From Vermamoeba vermiformis (taxonomy: Eukaryota): a DNA stretch of 64,000 nt. The notes under the pieces are model-generated. The model did not search any database. It saw nothing but the letters and a program-made list of their open reading frames with translations, and was not told the DNA's origin. Shown in pieces: positions 22,801-35,881 of this stretch; within the stretch, counting starts at the first letter, position 1, and each line of letters starts with the position of its first letter. Made by a program: the position numbers and the translations under genes. The stretch lies in contig JBEWZL010000302.1 of the NCBI GenBank assembly GCA_045837725.1, forward strand, positions 1-64,000, written 5' to 3'.

Positions 22801-24761
22801 AAAATGATCAAACACAAACAAGTACGTTAGTCGACAACACTGAATGTACAAATCATGTTGATTCTTTTTTAGGATATTAAAAACAGCCTTGCGGAGAAGA
22901 TTGCCGGTTACGAGAAAGAAATTGAGGACGAAGAAACTCGTTTAAAGATCAACTCGCTGTTAGGCACTGATTTTAAGAAAGCGGCCGAACTAGCAACAAA
23001 AGTGGCAAAGGCCTATGTTAAGAAGAGAGAGCTCGAATACCTGGCTCGTAAAATTGAGTTCACCGCTGACGAGATGAAAAAGCTGTTCGACTCGGAGTTC
23101 AGAAAGTTGACCAAAGAGCTGACCGACAATCAAGTTCGTAATATTCAAGCGGGCATTCAACACTTGAAGGGCAAAATCAAACAAACTGAGAACGAGGTGA
23201 AAGCCAACGACAGCATGTTGTCGTACTTCAAATCAACGGTAAGAACCCCTTTGCTCTCCAACGCACGCTCAAATGTTAACCCTTCGTTACGATAGATCCC
23301 TAAGAGTGAAGACGTAAAGAACGAAAAGCCGAACTGCGTCATCTGTTACGAGGACATTAAGGAAATTATAATCACTACATGCGGTCACATCTTTTGCGGT
23401 AAGTTGTCTTCATTGAGGACGCTATTCCCCCATTTCTTATTCTACCTTGTTGTAGATACTTGCATTAGATCAGCGATTCAAACTCAAGCGCGATGCCCGA
23501 TGTGCCGAACGGCATTGAGCGAACAGGACTTGCAAAAGGTCATTATTAAGGCCTTGGAAGAGCTCGTCGAGGGTGACGAAAATCCAAATCTACCGCAAAG
23601 CAAAGAATTGCTCGAGTTAGTGCAGAAGTACGGCACGAAGATGGGCAACTTGATCTATTACCTGCGCAATCTTTGGAAGAAAGGACCGAGCAAGGTCATT
23701 ATCTTCTCGCAGTGGGATCAAATGTTGCATCGAATTGGCGATACTTTAGAGGTCAACGGAATTGCAAGCGTTTACGTTCGAGGGTGAGTATGCCAATATC
23801 CACATAAATTAAGCACACGCTCACTCTTATTACAAGCAACGTGATTTCACGAAACAAGGCCATTCAAGCGTTTAAAGCCAAAGAATCTAAGGCAAATGTC
23901 ATCATGTTGTCGCTTGACAATGCCGCTTCAGGAACCAACTTGACCGAGGCATCGCATATCTTCTTGATGGGTAAGTCCTCCTTGATTGAGAAAGACGTAC
24001 TAATGCCACCAATCAGATCCTGTCTCTGGCACCAAAGAAGAAGCTCTCGCCACTGAACGACAGGCCATTGGTCGCGCTCATCGATTGGGCCAGAGCTCGC
24101 AAGTGACAGTCGTGCGCATGATTATCAGTGAGCGCCTTTATCGACAAAGCTTAGTTCGTACTAACTATTTTACAGAGGATACCGTGGAACACGAGTTGTA
24201 TTTGCGAAACTTTGCCGCAGACGACAAAGACACAGCCGTAATTAACAACGGCGAGGCTAACAACACTAACGTAGCTAATGGTAAGTTAAATGGTACCTAA
24301 GAGACGTACTAATGAGTTAAATAGGTGAAGAGAACAACCACAATAATGGTGAAATCCATGATGTTGTACCAATGGAGGTCGAAGAGAAAATTGCGCAAGA
24401 TGAAGCGGAGATCAGTGATGCAATCTCGAACTTTGCCAAGAAGAGACGCGAAGCTAAGAAAGTTGAAGAAGAGAAAGCACGCGAGAAAGTAGACGAGACC
24501 ACTGACAATGCTGATGCGGACGAAGACGGCGTGAAGACCCCCGAGATCAAGGAAGAAGAGCTGTTGTACAAGACGAAGAGTCAATTAGAACGAAGTCCGT
24601 CCAAGCTATTAGGCGTGCGAAGATTGAGCTCTTCGTTTAAGAGCCCATTGATTGTGCGCTCCAATAGTTTGACGACTTTGTTGGCGAACAACAACAACAA
24701 CTTGACCACCTCGTCTGATGAGATCAAAGAGCTATTAAGCAAGAACGAGAACTTGAATTAG
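19857..24761 (+). CDS. SNF2-family helicase with RING finger (Rad5/Rad16/SHPRH-like)
   Basis: GGILADEMGLGKT, RIIVDEAH, RWYVTGTP, LRQLCCHP, RING CVIC...CGH...CPMCR, KVIIFSQW, GTNLTEASHIFL, QAIGRAHR. Confidence 0.92.
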
Positions 24762-25015
24762 ATTATGTGGCTCTTGGCGGATGCGGTGTCGCATCTGCTC
24801 GGTTAGGCTTTATTATTCTGAGGCAGGTAAAATAAATTGCCAATATATTATTAAAATTACTTTAAATTCGCAAGCGTGACCCGGTAATTATTGCGAGGTG
24901 TTTGGATGAAATTTAAACGAAAATGGATCTAATTTGTCGTCGCAAAACTATTTCAGACGGAAATAACCTTCTTCTGCCATTAATATTCAATCAATTACCC
25001 TACATACAACAAAAA

Positions 25016-25975
25016 ATGCGCAGAGTTTTAGTTATTACAAGCAGTGCAAACGAACTTCAGCTCCAAAGTGGCAAGAAGATCCCCACCGGCTTCTTTCTTT
25101 CGGAGGTAATTGTACCCGTCGAGAAAATGCGTGCAGCAGGCTTTGAAATTCACTACGCCAATCCTTCTGGAACTGAACCCTCGATGGATCCGTTCTCTGA
25201 CAGCCGTGCTTGGTTCAAGTTCAAGTAAGGCTCTTAGCAGTAAACAATGGTGTTTAATTTGAATAATATTCTTAGGCGAAGCGAGTATGAGATTGCAAAG
25301 CGAGATCTTGAGACCGAAAAATTGGGAACACTCGGATCCCTGCACACACCTTTCAGATTCGATCAGATCACAGACGAAGATCTCACCAAATACGATGCCA
25401 TTTATATTCCTGGAGGCCACGCCCCTCTTATGGTACGTCGAGCATACTGCCAAAGAAAAAGCAACCCGAATAATAGTTCTTTTAGGACTTGTCAAACAAT
25501 CCAGAGCTGGGAAGAATCATTCTCCACTTCCATAACAACTCAAAGCCCACTGGTATAATCTGCCATGGCCCCGTTGCATTGATGTCAACTAGATTCGCGG
25601 GAGAAGGTAAGTACACTTTTCCGACTGCGGCGGAGAGGTCTAATTGATCATCAATAGGAAAATTCGCTTACTCGGGATATAAAGTCTCCTGTTACTCCAA
25701 TTTGGAAGAAAAACTGAATGAGTACATGTGGTGGGACCGCGTTGTAGATAAAATGGAAGATCAGCTACGTAAAGAAGGCGCTTTAATCACAAACCGATGG
25801 CCGATGCTCCCCAATGTAGTTATTGATCGCGAACTCATTTCAGGTACGTAGTGCACGTGCTCATCTGATAACGAAGCACTTTCTGACCTCTGTTTTAGCT
25901 CAAGGGCCAACCTCAGTATGGAGATTTGGTGACACGCTGGTGCGCGAGATAACTCGAAGAGCAATCGAGTCTTAA
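25016..25975 (+). CDS. DJ-1/PfpI (Hsp31-like) family protein
   Basis: RVLVITSS, TGFFLSEV, DAIYIPGGHAP, GIICHGP. Confidence 0.9.
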
Positions 25976-26136
25976 TTGTAAGGACGCCAGTGTCTGTCCA
26001 AAAATAAAAAGACATACATTTTTCCGCAGGAGATATGTCCTTTTTGTGGCCACAGCGCCAATTTTGCTTTGGCTTGAGAATTGTTCCAACTTATTCTTTA
26101 ACAACGTAAACAACAGATTGTATTTTTATAAGCATC

Positions 26137-27851
26137 ATGGGTGATAAAATGGATGTATCAGCTAAGATCGGCATGAGCCTCGATGACCTAGCGAAGAAGG
26201 AAAAAGGTAGACCATCGCCAAAAAAATTGATAGTGCAGCAATTTGGTGCAATTAATTATGCATATATAATGTGTTGTCACCACGAGTGAATCTATGACAA
26301 TCAGAATTTTTCGTGCGAATGCAGTTTTTTTGCTTATATTATAAATTCACCTTTAATTCCCCAGGAAACAGAAAAAGCGGTGGCCGTGGCGGTAGCCGTG
26401 GTGGTCGCGGTGGTCGTGGCGGCAGAGGTGGTCGCGGTGGTCGTGGTGGCAGAGACAACTCTGATCGCCCTCGTGGACCTCGTCGCGACAGAACCAACTC
26501 TTATGAATCTGGCGTAAGTACATTCGATCGAGCGACCTGACTTCAGTTTAAATTAAACCATAATTTTTGGACTGCACAGAAACAATTCAACCGACGAAGA
26601 TCTTCGTCTGGCCGCGCTGATGAGGGTCCTTGGCAACACGATAAGTTTGGTTCTGAAGGAAGAACTAACGAACAACGCAATAATACTAACGCCGGAAGCC
26701 GTCCTCGCGGTGAAGGCAGAGTTAAAATTACAAACCTCCATTACACTGTTATGGAACAGGATTTGCAAGTAAGTCCATCTCGGTTTGCAAAAAGTTAAGA
26801 CACAAGTAATTAACGAATATCTCCGTAGCGTTTGGTCGCAGATATTGGTGGCTTGATCTCTTGCAAGGTCTTCTTTGATTCTGCAGGTCGCAGTAAAGTA
26901 AGTTGAAGATGTGCAATTCTTGCTAGTCCAAAAAAACGAATACTAAATTATCTTTGAATAGGGAGAGGCTGAACTCGTATTTACCACTCTTCAACAAGCT
27001 AAATCAGCCATTGAGCGTTACAACGAAAGGTACTTTTCGAACATTTTCATAAACCACTTGCACGTGTTTCTAATACCCGTTAACAATCCTCTAGGTAATC
27101 TATCATTCAACTTTATGTACCTTCATTATATTACGAGTTCTCCGAGCCGGTAACGTGCAAAGTAATACGTTCTCCGTGTTGTTTGAACCACTCAGTGGAC
27201 CGAGAATGAGGGCTGATTACACGACCCCGTTATTCGCTGCTGAGGTTCGCTTCGATCGCATGGCCCTTGCAGTATTATACGTCAGTCCAGTTCCATCGAT
27301 TGTGGAGACGTCCATTAATATCTGCAGAGTCGCGTCTTGCGTATGGAACGTAATAACGCTTCAATAGTTTCAAATGACTGACCACAAAGACAATTCACGA
27401 TTATAATAATACTACTTGTCTAGCAACTTTGTATTGATATAGCACGTGGATACAACTAATACTCAGCATTTCAACTATCGGCTCGGTGCTCAAAGTTTTC
27501 AGCTTCGAACCGTTCGAGATTAATTGACTCATTCTGTACAGCTCTGTGGAAGGCATGAAGATGCAGATGGAACTTGGTGAAGCCCCTACCAGACGCCCTC
27601 GCGCTAGCTCAGACTCCGACCGTCGTGGCATTCGCAGACTCGCTGGACGGTAAGTGTACACTAGTTATAATTACAAGACCTTAACTAACAATAACGTTCG
27701 CAGCGTCTCACGTGATGGTGACCGCCGTGGTGGCTTCCGTCGTTTGGGTGGAGGCCGTGGTGGTCGCGGAGGCTCTCGTGGTGGTGGCCGTCGCTTCGGA
27801 GGAGGTCGTCGCAATGGTGACGACAACGTGCGCATCTCCGTTCGTGTTTAA
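26137..27851 (+). CDS. ALYREF: ALYREF/Yra1-like mRNA export adaptor (RGG + RRM)
   Basis: KIGMSLDDL N-terminal box, RGG repeats, WQHDKF, VKITNLHYTVMEQDL, FDSAGRSKGEA, AIERYN. Confidence 0.8.
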
Positions 27852-27995
27852 ATAATTTGCTCGCTTTTGATGCTTGTGTAGCAATAAAGACTTTGTTTAA
27901 AGAGACAAATGCAATTTTGGGAGAGCAGCTGTACGGCTAGTAATTACAGTGGACTAAAACTATTTATAGAGTAGAACAAATACTATGTACTAACT

Positions 27996-29241
27996 TTAAT
28001 CCTTGAGCCAAGGCTTGTTTTCAGGATCGTTCTTGCTCTTCCACTCAGGATAGTTTTGAGCGGCCTTGTGGAACTTGGTGACGATCTTAGGAGCCAATTG
28101 GGTCATGAGCCAGTTAATAATACCGGAGGGAATCCAGCCCTTAGGGTCAGATTGCGAGTAGTACATGAAGTGAACGCCTCCTTCAGGACGAACGCGCATC
28201 AAATAACCGGTACGGATGGAGATGCCGCGAACGAAATTCTTCTTCTCGGGGCAGTCAGGGTGAGGAACACTGTGGTTCATAATGATATATTCACCTAGAT
28301 AATCAATATTAGGCCTGATAGTAAAGAAAGAGATCAAGTGGCCACAAAAGGGCCTTCGAGGATCCGCTAACGGAGTGAATTCTAGCGTACATAATAGCGA
28401 TAAAATGCAATAATTAATTTGCCATAAATTCCGTTTCAATTCCGCGACAAACTACTCGATCTGGTAGATGTTCCCTTTCACATCTGACTTACCCTTTTCT
28501 TTGTTATGTCTCCAAGCACGTTGGTTGCAAAAATCTCTGTTAGTAATACCAGTAGGCATCTTAGCAGAATAATAGCCAACTACAGAAAAAAAGAAAAGTC
28601 TGTTAGGATCAGATTAAGCGGATGTAAGGCGCTAATGTTTGTACCTTCGTTGTGGGGATCCAAAATTTCAATAACCTTGCCTTCAATCATGTTTTCGTCC
28701 CATTCAGCGCGATACTCATGATCTAAGCAAATTAATTAATTAATTTACGGTTTGTCTTAATAAAATTACTGTTCTGCGCAAAGTATTATTTGCATAATTA
28801 TCCTATGCATTGATAATATTTGGTAAATATATTTAGTAATTCGTAAAAATTGAAAAATTTCCTTTCCTCGATGCAGCTGGGAAAGCTAATTTATCCGTGC
28901 TTATATCTGTTGGTATTAAAGTATTTGCATCGATAGTGCATCATTATCCACATTATAATTTACATTAACAATAGAAATTCAAAGCAAAAAAGTTGCAAAT
29001 CCGAATTAATTGAAATACAATCCTTACCGTGGAGAGTATCGTAGATCTGATCAGCAGTAACATCTTCAAAGAATGTAAAGACTTTAACGGCATGAATCTT
29101 AGAATCAGCAGTCTTCTTCTTGTAGACTGTGGTTCCGTTCTTGTCGAAGATCTTCTCCCAACCTTCAGTATCCTCAACGCGCTTGACAAATTCGTCAAAC
29201 TCTTCGTCTTTCATCAACTTGTAAGTGGGTTTTTCAGCCAT
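27996..29241 (-). CDS. START-domain lipid-transfer protein (STARD10/PCTP-like)
   Basis: IYDTLH/DHEYRAEWDENM, NRDF, FVRGISIRTGY, SDPKGWIP. Confidence 0.9.
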
Positions 29242-29707
29242 GATGCAGTGCTTATGTGCTCTTTTACAGATGTGCTGTGATAAAAATACGAAAATTTAGT
29301 GCGTGTTTTTAACCGAAACACATCGTCCAAAGAATCTGATTATTCAATGCAGAAAATATGGATAAAATACGTAAATTATGGCTTCGTTGTGCGTAATTGA
29401 AAAGATTCTGGTGATCAAAAAAAACCGAATTCGGCATCTCTGCTTACCTGCGCAACTTAGTAATGTAATACAACTATTTTAAACAATGTAAACCGCCAAA
29501 GAGAATAAACAAGTGAGACTTGACACTTGTTGTTTCGCGTTAGCTAGATGTTGAAAAAAAAAGTTGGTCAGAAAACTCGTGTGAACGATTCTCCGTTCCG
29601 ATATTACGCAGTTACGGTAACACGTCACAAGTACATAAAACAATCGTTTAATAATTAACAAGGAATAAAGCTTTAAACAAAGTACGCATGAACATTTCGC
29701 GATCCGC

Positions 29708-30915
29708 TTAACCAGGGAACTTGGTAATTAAAGAGGTACCCAAGGCATTGAACAATTCCTATAAATTATCATTAGTCCCGTTGCCAGTGTCAAGCACAAC
29801 AAGTTCATACCGGAATACCCTCGCCAGTCTTGCTAGATACTTCTTTTAATGGGCAGTCTTTGTCGCGTGCAAAATCATTGGCTTGGTTGCTTTGAACTTT
29901 TCGTCTGGTAAAGAATACGGTTAAAATCATTTTCGTATAATACCCGTCAATATTAATAGTCTTACTTGTCTTTCAAATCGCTCTTGTTACCAGCAAGGAA
30001 AATAATGCAGTCAGGGACGTTCTTCTGTAATTCTTGGTACCAAGACTGTAGAGCCTCAAAGCTTTCCTAATATGGTAAAAACGAATAAATACGAGGTATC
30101 AATACCGCTATTGAAGTTAAGGCACGTACTGAATCAGTAATATCGTAGACCAACACGGCTGCATCGGCGTTTCTATAATACATTGGTGCTAAGGCTCTAT
30201 ATCGTAATTAAGGAGTCAGTAAAGCCTATTTGAAGCTGCAAATGCGGAATAATTGCGAACGACACTTATTTTCTTGTCCTGCTGTGTCCCACATTTCGAA
30301 TTTAATTGTTCTGTCATTTACGGTCATCATCTTTGTCAAGAACGAAGCACTATACGATTAAATCACATTAGCACATGGTCTTAAGCGAGGCGATTGCCTA
30401 ATTAGGCAAACATACCCGATAGTAGCTTCAGCGCCGTCTTGGAAAGTGTCTCTGCAAAATCGCAATGTGATTGAGGTCTTGCCGACGCCAGACTTGCCCA
30501 AGAATACGACCTTAAAGCTGTTTTTTACTTGTTGTTGTCTTTGGTTGTTGTTCCAGTTTAAATTCGGCTCTGGTTGCGAAGCTATGAAAAGGGAAGATCA
30601 GATTTGATAGAAATTTTCGCAATTCTAGCACTAAAGCGATAATTTTCTTCTACAGTACTCGTTATTAATTTGTAAAAATCCTTGTAAATGTTTGCGAAGT
30701 ACAATCGGCTTTTAGTCCAATATTCCATCCACACACGTAATTATTTAAAACGGAAAATAAACAAGCAATAAGGATAAATCATCCAATTATTTTCATATTT
30801 TAATGCATATGTATCATACTACCAATATTAGTGATATTTAAGCAGATGTAACAGAAAAATAATTATAAATATTGAAAAACTTACCCTGCTTTTTGCCACC
30901 GTCACAGCAACTCAT
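29708..30915 (-). CDS. Rab5/21/22-like small GTPase with N-terminal MSCC and no C-terminal Cys
   Basis: [35 protein letters not shown] (needs AT-AC intron 30204-30269), GNKSD, VSSKTG; ends ITKFPG*. Confidence 0.9.
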
Positions 30916-32097
30916 TTCTGCATAATACAAGCATTATTATTATTTTCCACGTAATATATAAGTGATGAGTCTAGTTTGTGAGCAAGGAACTTGTAATTTC
31001 CTCGGATCGTCATTCGAACGTGCAGATTACGTCACGAATGCTAAGCTCATCGAAGATATTTGTCGTACCTTATTATTCTTTAAGTTATTGCACCCTAGTG
31101 GTAGTTATTTGAAAATTGCGTATTAGGAGTTGGTTTTTCGCACTTCTACTGGAGCGATATGACCTGACCGTTATGAGTCTCGCCAAAAAAGTGATATGAC
31201 CCAAACATAGGCGATGATTTTCACCCGACACTTCCACTAACAATTCTGGCGAGGGTTGTGTTGCTCGGTCTAACCATTTGACATCAATAGAAGCTTATAA
31301 TAATGTACAAATACACAGCCATCGTATTTACTTTTCTAATCTGCTATTCGACCGCATCTGTCCCACTCCTTGCTTGGTCGAACGGGTAATTATTATAGTA
31401 TCAAATTAATATTGTGCATATATCAGTGCAATATTGGATGATTCAATTAATTTAGATAATAACTAACAGCACCTAAAAATTATTGCATCTAGAACTATTA
31501 TTAATAATTGTTCTATTACAGTTATTTCAGTGGCAATAACGTTCACGTTCAAGGAAGTGTTTCTGTAAATGATATTGAATTTTTTTTGAATGCTTTGACT
31601 AGCGGTAACGCCAAACAAGTATGTACACGAGGACATCTACATAATATCACCACCCAGCATCAAGAAAAAATTATTAAGCAGTAGAAATAGTAGAAAATAA
31701 TTGCTAATAGCGATAACCAATGTTAATTTAGGCTGAATCATCATTGACTGCCCAATTGAGCAAATCCAATCCCGATCTTGTCGTTTTGTTTTTGGAATCG
31801 GAAGTAAGTATTTACACTCTACCAACGTACTATAATAAATTATAGCAAATGGCTATTCGAACAAATCATAATTTATCATTCTGAAAATTGCCATTAACGT
31901 TCGCTTTTTTCCCGATCCCTCCCTGTAATTTGACGATTTGACTTACCCTATTTTTCTTAGTTGAGCGCCGATCAAGTTTCTTTCTACAGTGGTGCTCACG
32001 GTCAATCAAATGGCCACGCTCTTTCCAACTTGAGAGTAAGTTGTGCTGTCGCAATATTTTTTTTTTGACGTGGCATTAACCCTATTTGCAGCAAGCC

Positions 32098-33131
32098 ATG
32101 GAGTCACAGACTTCATTTGTTTCTACTAACTTCGCTGTTGGTACGTTGGACTCGATGCCTATATAATAATGTGCGGTACTAATAAGCTGTTAGATGGCTC
32201 TTTGGACGCCGCTCTTGCTCGCGTTAACGCCAAGGTCGTCAAGGCTGTAAAGTTGGGTGACGTTAAGGTACCTTTAAGTTTCGATACTACCTCGACCAAT
32301 ATGATCTTTGCTAACGATATGTGCGTGTAGAAGGCTTTGTCTACTTCACCCAAGCTTTTGGTTGTTGAATTGACCGCTACCGCCGCTGATGTTGAGGCCA
32401 CTTTTACTGCTCACGGTACGTACTTTCTAATGCGCTGTACGGGTTGATACTAACAATACGGGTAGACCAACTCATCTCTGAGGTTATGGCCGCTGTTGCC
32501 GAAAAGGTTCAAGGCTTCGTTGCTGTCTACACTGGCAAGAGTGATGTCACCGCCCACCTCGATGTTGAATGGGTAAGTACTCTGAAATTTAACCATACCT
32601 TAATTAGATTGTTAATATGATGGTAATAATTGCAATGACCTGAAAAAACCCTGTTGAACTTAATCACTGACAATTAACAATCGAAAATTTTTTGGACATC
32701 CAGATTCGGATCTGAAACCTTAAAGGACTTATTTTAATGTTATTTGTTTGTACAGGAGGTCGCATTCGCCAACTACATGATGGAGGTAAGTATTTTATCA
32801 TTGAGAATATAAGCTCAAACTTTTACTGATCGCATCTACTTTAGGAAGTCAATGGCACCGTCACTAACGGCACCAACACCACCACTAACACTGACTTTGG
32901 TTTCTTGCACTACTTCCCTGGTGGTCAAATCCAAAACATCATTATCGTCATGTTGTTCATCGCTATTGCTTTGTTGGGTGTTTGCTTGATCGACGGCACT
33001 CAAACTCATGACCGCTTCGCCGTAAGTCCAATCATAACGAAAGTACGCTTGTGAGCATATATTAACGTAGAATTATTATTTAGGAACCTGGCCAAGTCTT
33101 GAAGAACAAGGAGATCAGCGAGCGAGCTTAA
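32098..33131 (+). CDS. V-ATPase accessory subunit Ac45/VOA1-like membrane protein (tentative)
   Basis: Seven short exons in frame; AVYTG motif, TM IIIVMLFIAIALLGVCLI followed by TQTHDRF, similar to the Ac45/VOA1 tail. Confidence 0.55.
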
Positions 33132-33259
33132 ACGCTGAAGATCCATTTTTGGTTTACGAAATAAGCCAATCGACTATTTTATTTAATTTAATAAACAATT
33201 TGTTCAATATTATACATTTGTATACTAATAATTACATTTTGTATTCGATCGAGGACGAT

Positions 33260-35331
33260 TTACGCGATCGAAGTCAAATCTCTTCCTCGCGGAGTCGTAG
33301 GAGCAATTGTAGTGCTCGAATTATCTATATTGCGCGAGTTTTGATCATGAGAAGACTTGCTCGGTGGTTGAGATGAGGGATTGCGGAATAAGAACGCCAA
33401 GGCGGCAACGGATAACATGGTGACAATGTTGATTAGGCCTCTAATGGTCCAAAATACAGTTTGATCTACGGAATATGGCGGCTGAATTGTTTGAACAGCT
33501 ACGATCAATAGACAAATCAAGCTGAAGCCGGTGAGCATCATGGCGACTTGGAGCTGATAATAAAATGTCAGGCAGTTTTAAATCTATTCAAAGTGCATAA
33601 CCACGTTAATGCAAAGATAGTAATATATTATATGATACTCTATAATTCTATTACGCGAATTGAAGGCTACGTACTCGTCTGGTCACGCGTTTAGTTTGGA
33701 TTGCCTTGTCATAGTTAGCCATGGCACGGATCAGCAGAATGCCAATAATAATGAAATAACACGCCAATAGCTATCAAGAAGCGTAAGTGATTAATATTAA
33801 TAATCGAGATGTGGCGTCATCTGGTGCTTACCCCGAGCAAAGAGACGTAAACATATTCTAAAATTCTATAAATTTGGCTCACACCGAGGCTGGTGGTTAC
33901 AAAATAGAGAACGAAGCAGGCCTAAATATTAAATTATTATTATTATGTAAATAATATTTTTTCGTCTTTGCTTACCCCAAAGAACACTAACAGCGGCACA
34001 AATATTTTGACACTCTTAAGCTCTTTCCTCTTTTTTGGAAATACGAGAGAGGACCTGGAATTTAAATTACTACTTTTTTGGCGGGATTCGGATCAACTTC
34101 GTCGTCTTACCAATACAAGGCGATGAATGTGGCCGCAAATATAACAAACACTATTCCAAGAACGAGTGTTCCAGATATTGGGCCCATATTGAACGGGTGC
34201 ACGAACAGGAAGATGATAGTCAGGATCCGCTCGATTATCATCGCTGTTACATTCCATTAATGACGCTCTTATAGATATTATTACATATGCACTTACCGAT
34301 GCAGCTCAAAAGTAGCAAAATCAACGCGATCTGCGAAATTGCAGCAGTTGATTTTCTGAAGTAGAGTCGCAATTGTACTGTTACAAATACTAGCGCTCCA
34401 ACATCGCATAATAAGCATATAGATGTTAATACTATTTGACCAGGCGAACGTCCGGCGTCTAAAATTGGACTAGAATCTTAAACAATTAAATTTAGTTCGA
34501 TTTATTGATCGCCGATTAAATTTCAGAAGCGGATTCGCCTTACCTGAAATTATTTGTCCCGTTATGGAAGTATTCGCTTGCAGGATAATTTCCGTCAACT
34601 TAACTCCGTCCTAAATATACGAAGATTATCAGAAATTTTGAACCTTACAAATTGAGCAGTTGAAATTGAAAGGCTATTAATTACGTACATCGCGAGAAAC
34701 TAAGAGTATGGCGATGTCAAAGAATTGGTAGTCAGCGCCAGCTTTCAAATAAGCTCGTCCTAGTTCGTTATCTTGAAGGATAAATACGACGCCCTATTTA
34801 CACAGAAACTGTCAATATCAGTGCACATAAATTAAATTTTAATAGACGCAATCACTAACATACGAAAGATTCTGTCAATTTAATACGCATATGTGCGAGT
34901 AAGAGTATTATTGGGTATTATACTGCCAATATTATTCATTCGGAGCTATTTCTATTAATAGATCTTACTTTTTTTCTTTATTTTTTAATTAATTATCTTG
35001 CTATTACCTCTGCATTCGCATTTTCGACGTTAATAGCTCGTGCACTAAGAGTATCTTGTACTGCTGAGGTTGTGCATACTGTAGAGGCATTTATTACAGC
35101 GATCTTGCCAGATAAATCGATGGATAGCGGTGAACACGTATCATAATCGTTTAGCAGCTCGAGTTCTGCTGTAATATCAAACGGAAAAGCTCCGAATACT
35201 AAATAGGCGCCTGGAAACGATATATCCGAAGAAGATCCGTTCGATATTCTAAGCGTCGCAGTTGCCAGCGTGAAAAAGGATAAATATAATAGGGTTGCGC
35301 TACGAAAGATCTCGTTATTAAAGCGCCCCAT
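33260..35331 (-). CDS. PA-domain multi-pass membrane protein (receptor-like)
   Basis: Signal peptide, CSPLSIDLSGKIAVI (PA domain), then several TM exons and S/T-rich tail. Confidence 0.65.
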
Positions 35332-35881
35332 GTTGTTTACTGCACGAAATAATGTTTCGTTTGGCAACAATTGCATGTTACATTTTGTCTCACTCCGAAG
35401 TATACGGGACACGTCCCGTGAATCTTGAACGGTCAGGATAGCAATTACATAGTAATATCAACCACAATCGAGGTTCATTTTCGGTCAGGCTATTGAATCA
35501 AGTATATTGTACGGATCGGACGAAGCGACACGGATGAATTTTTTCAGATCTTGACCTGTATTGTGCCTCAATGTGGAAACCAAATAGACAAAGTATCATT
35601 GTTATCATATCGACGAGTTATGAAAAAATCGAGAGGGGAACCGGATAGCCCGCGGAGGGATCCGCAAAATCGTTAAATTGGCTAAATTTCGCCACTAATT
35701 TAACTTTGCCACTACCGTTTTTCACCAACTATTATTGCTCTAATTATAGTAGCAGTAAATAGGAGGCCCGAACATGACTGGGACACGAGCAATCGCCGGA
35801 TCTAAACTTGATTAGAAGGAAGATAGCGTCAATTTGCCAAAGAGTTAAATTGCTTTAAATAAGTATAATTGTTTTTTACTA

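Noticed and set aside
26378-26452. GGTGGTCGY tandem repeat
   Set aside because: Explained by the RGG coding repeat of ALYREF.
31140-31290. Possible snoRNA or other ncRNA (CTCGCCA/TGGCGAG stem)
   Set aside because: No convincing C/D or H/ACA boxes; a single 7-bp stem is expected by chance.
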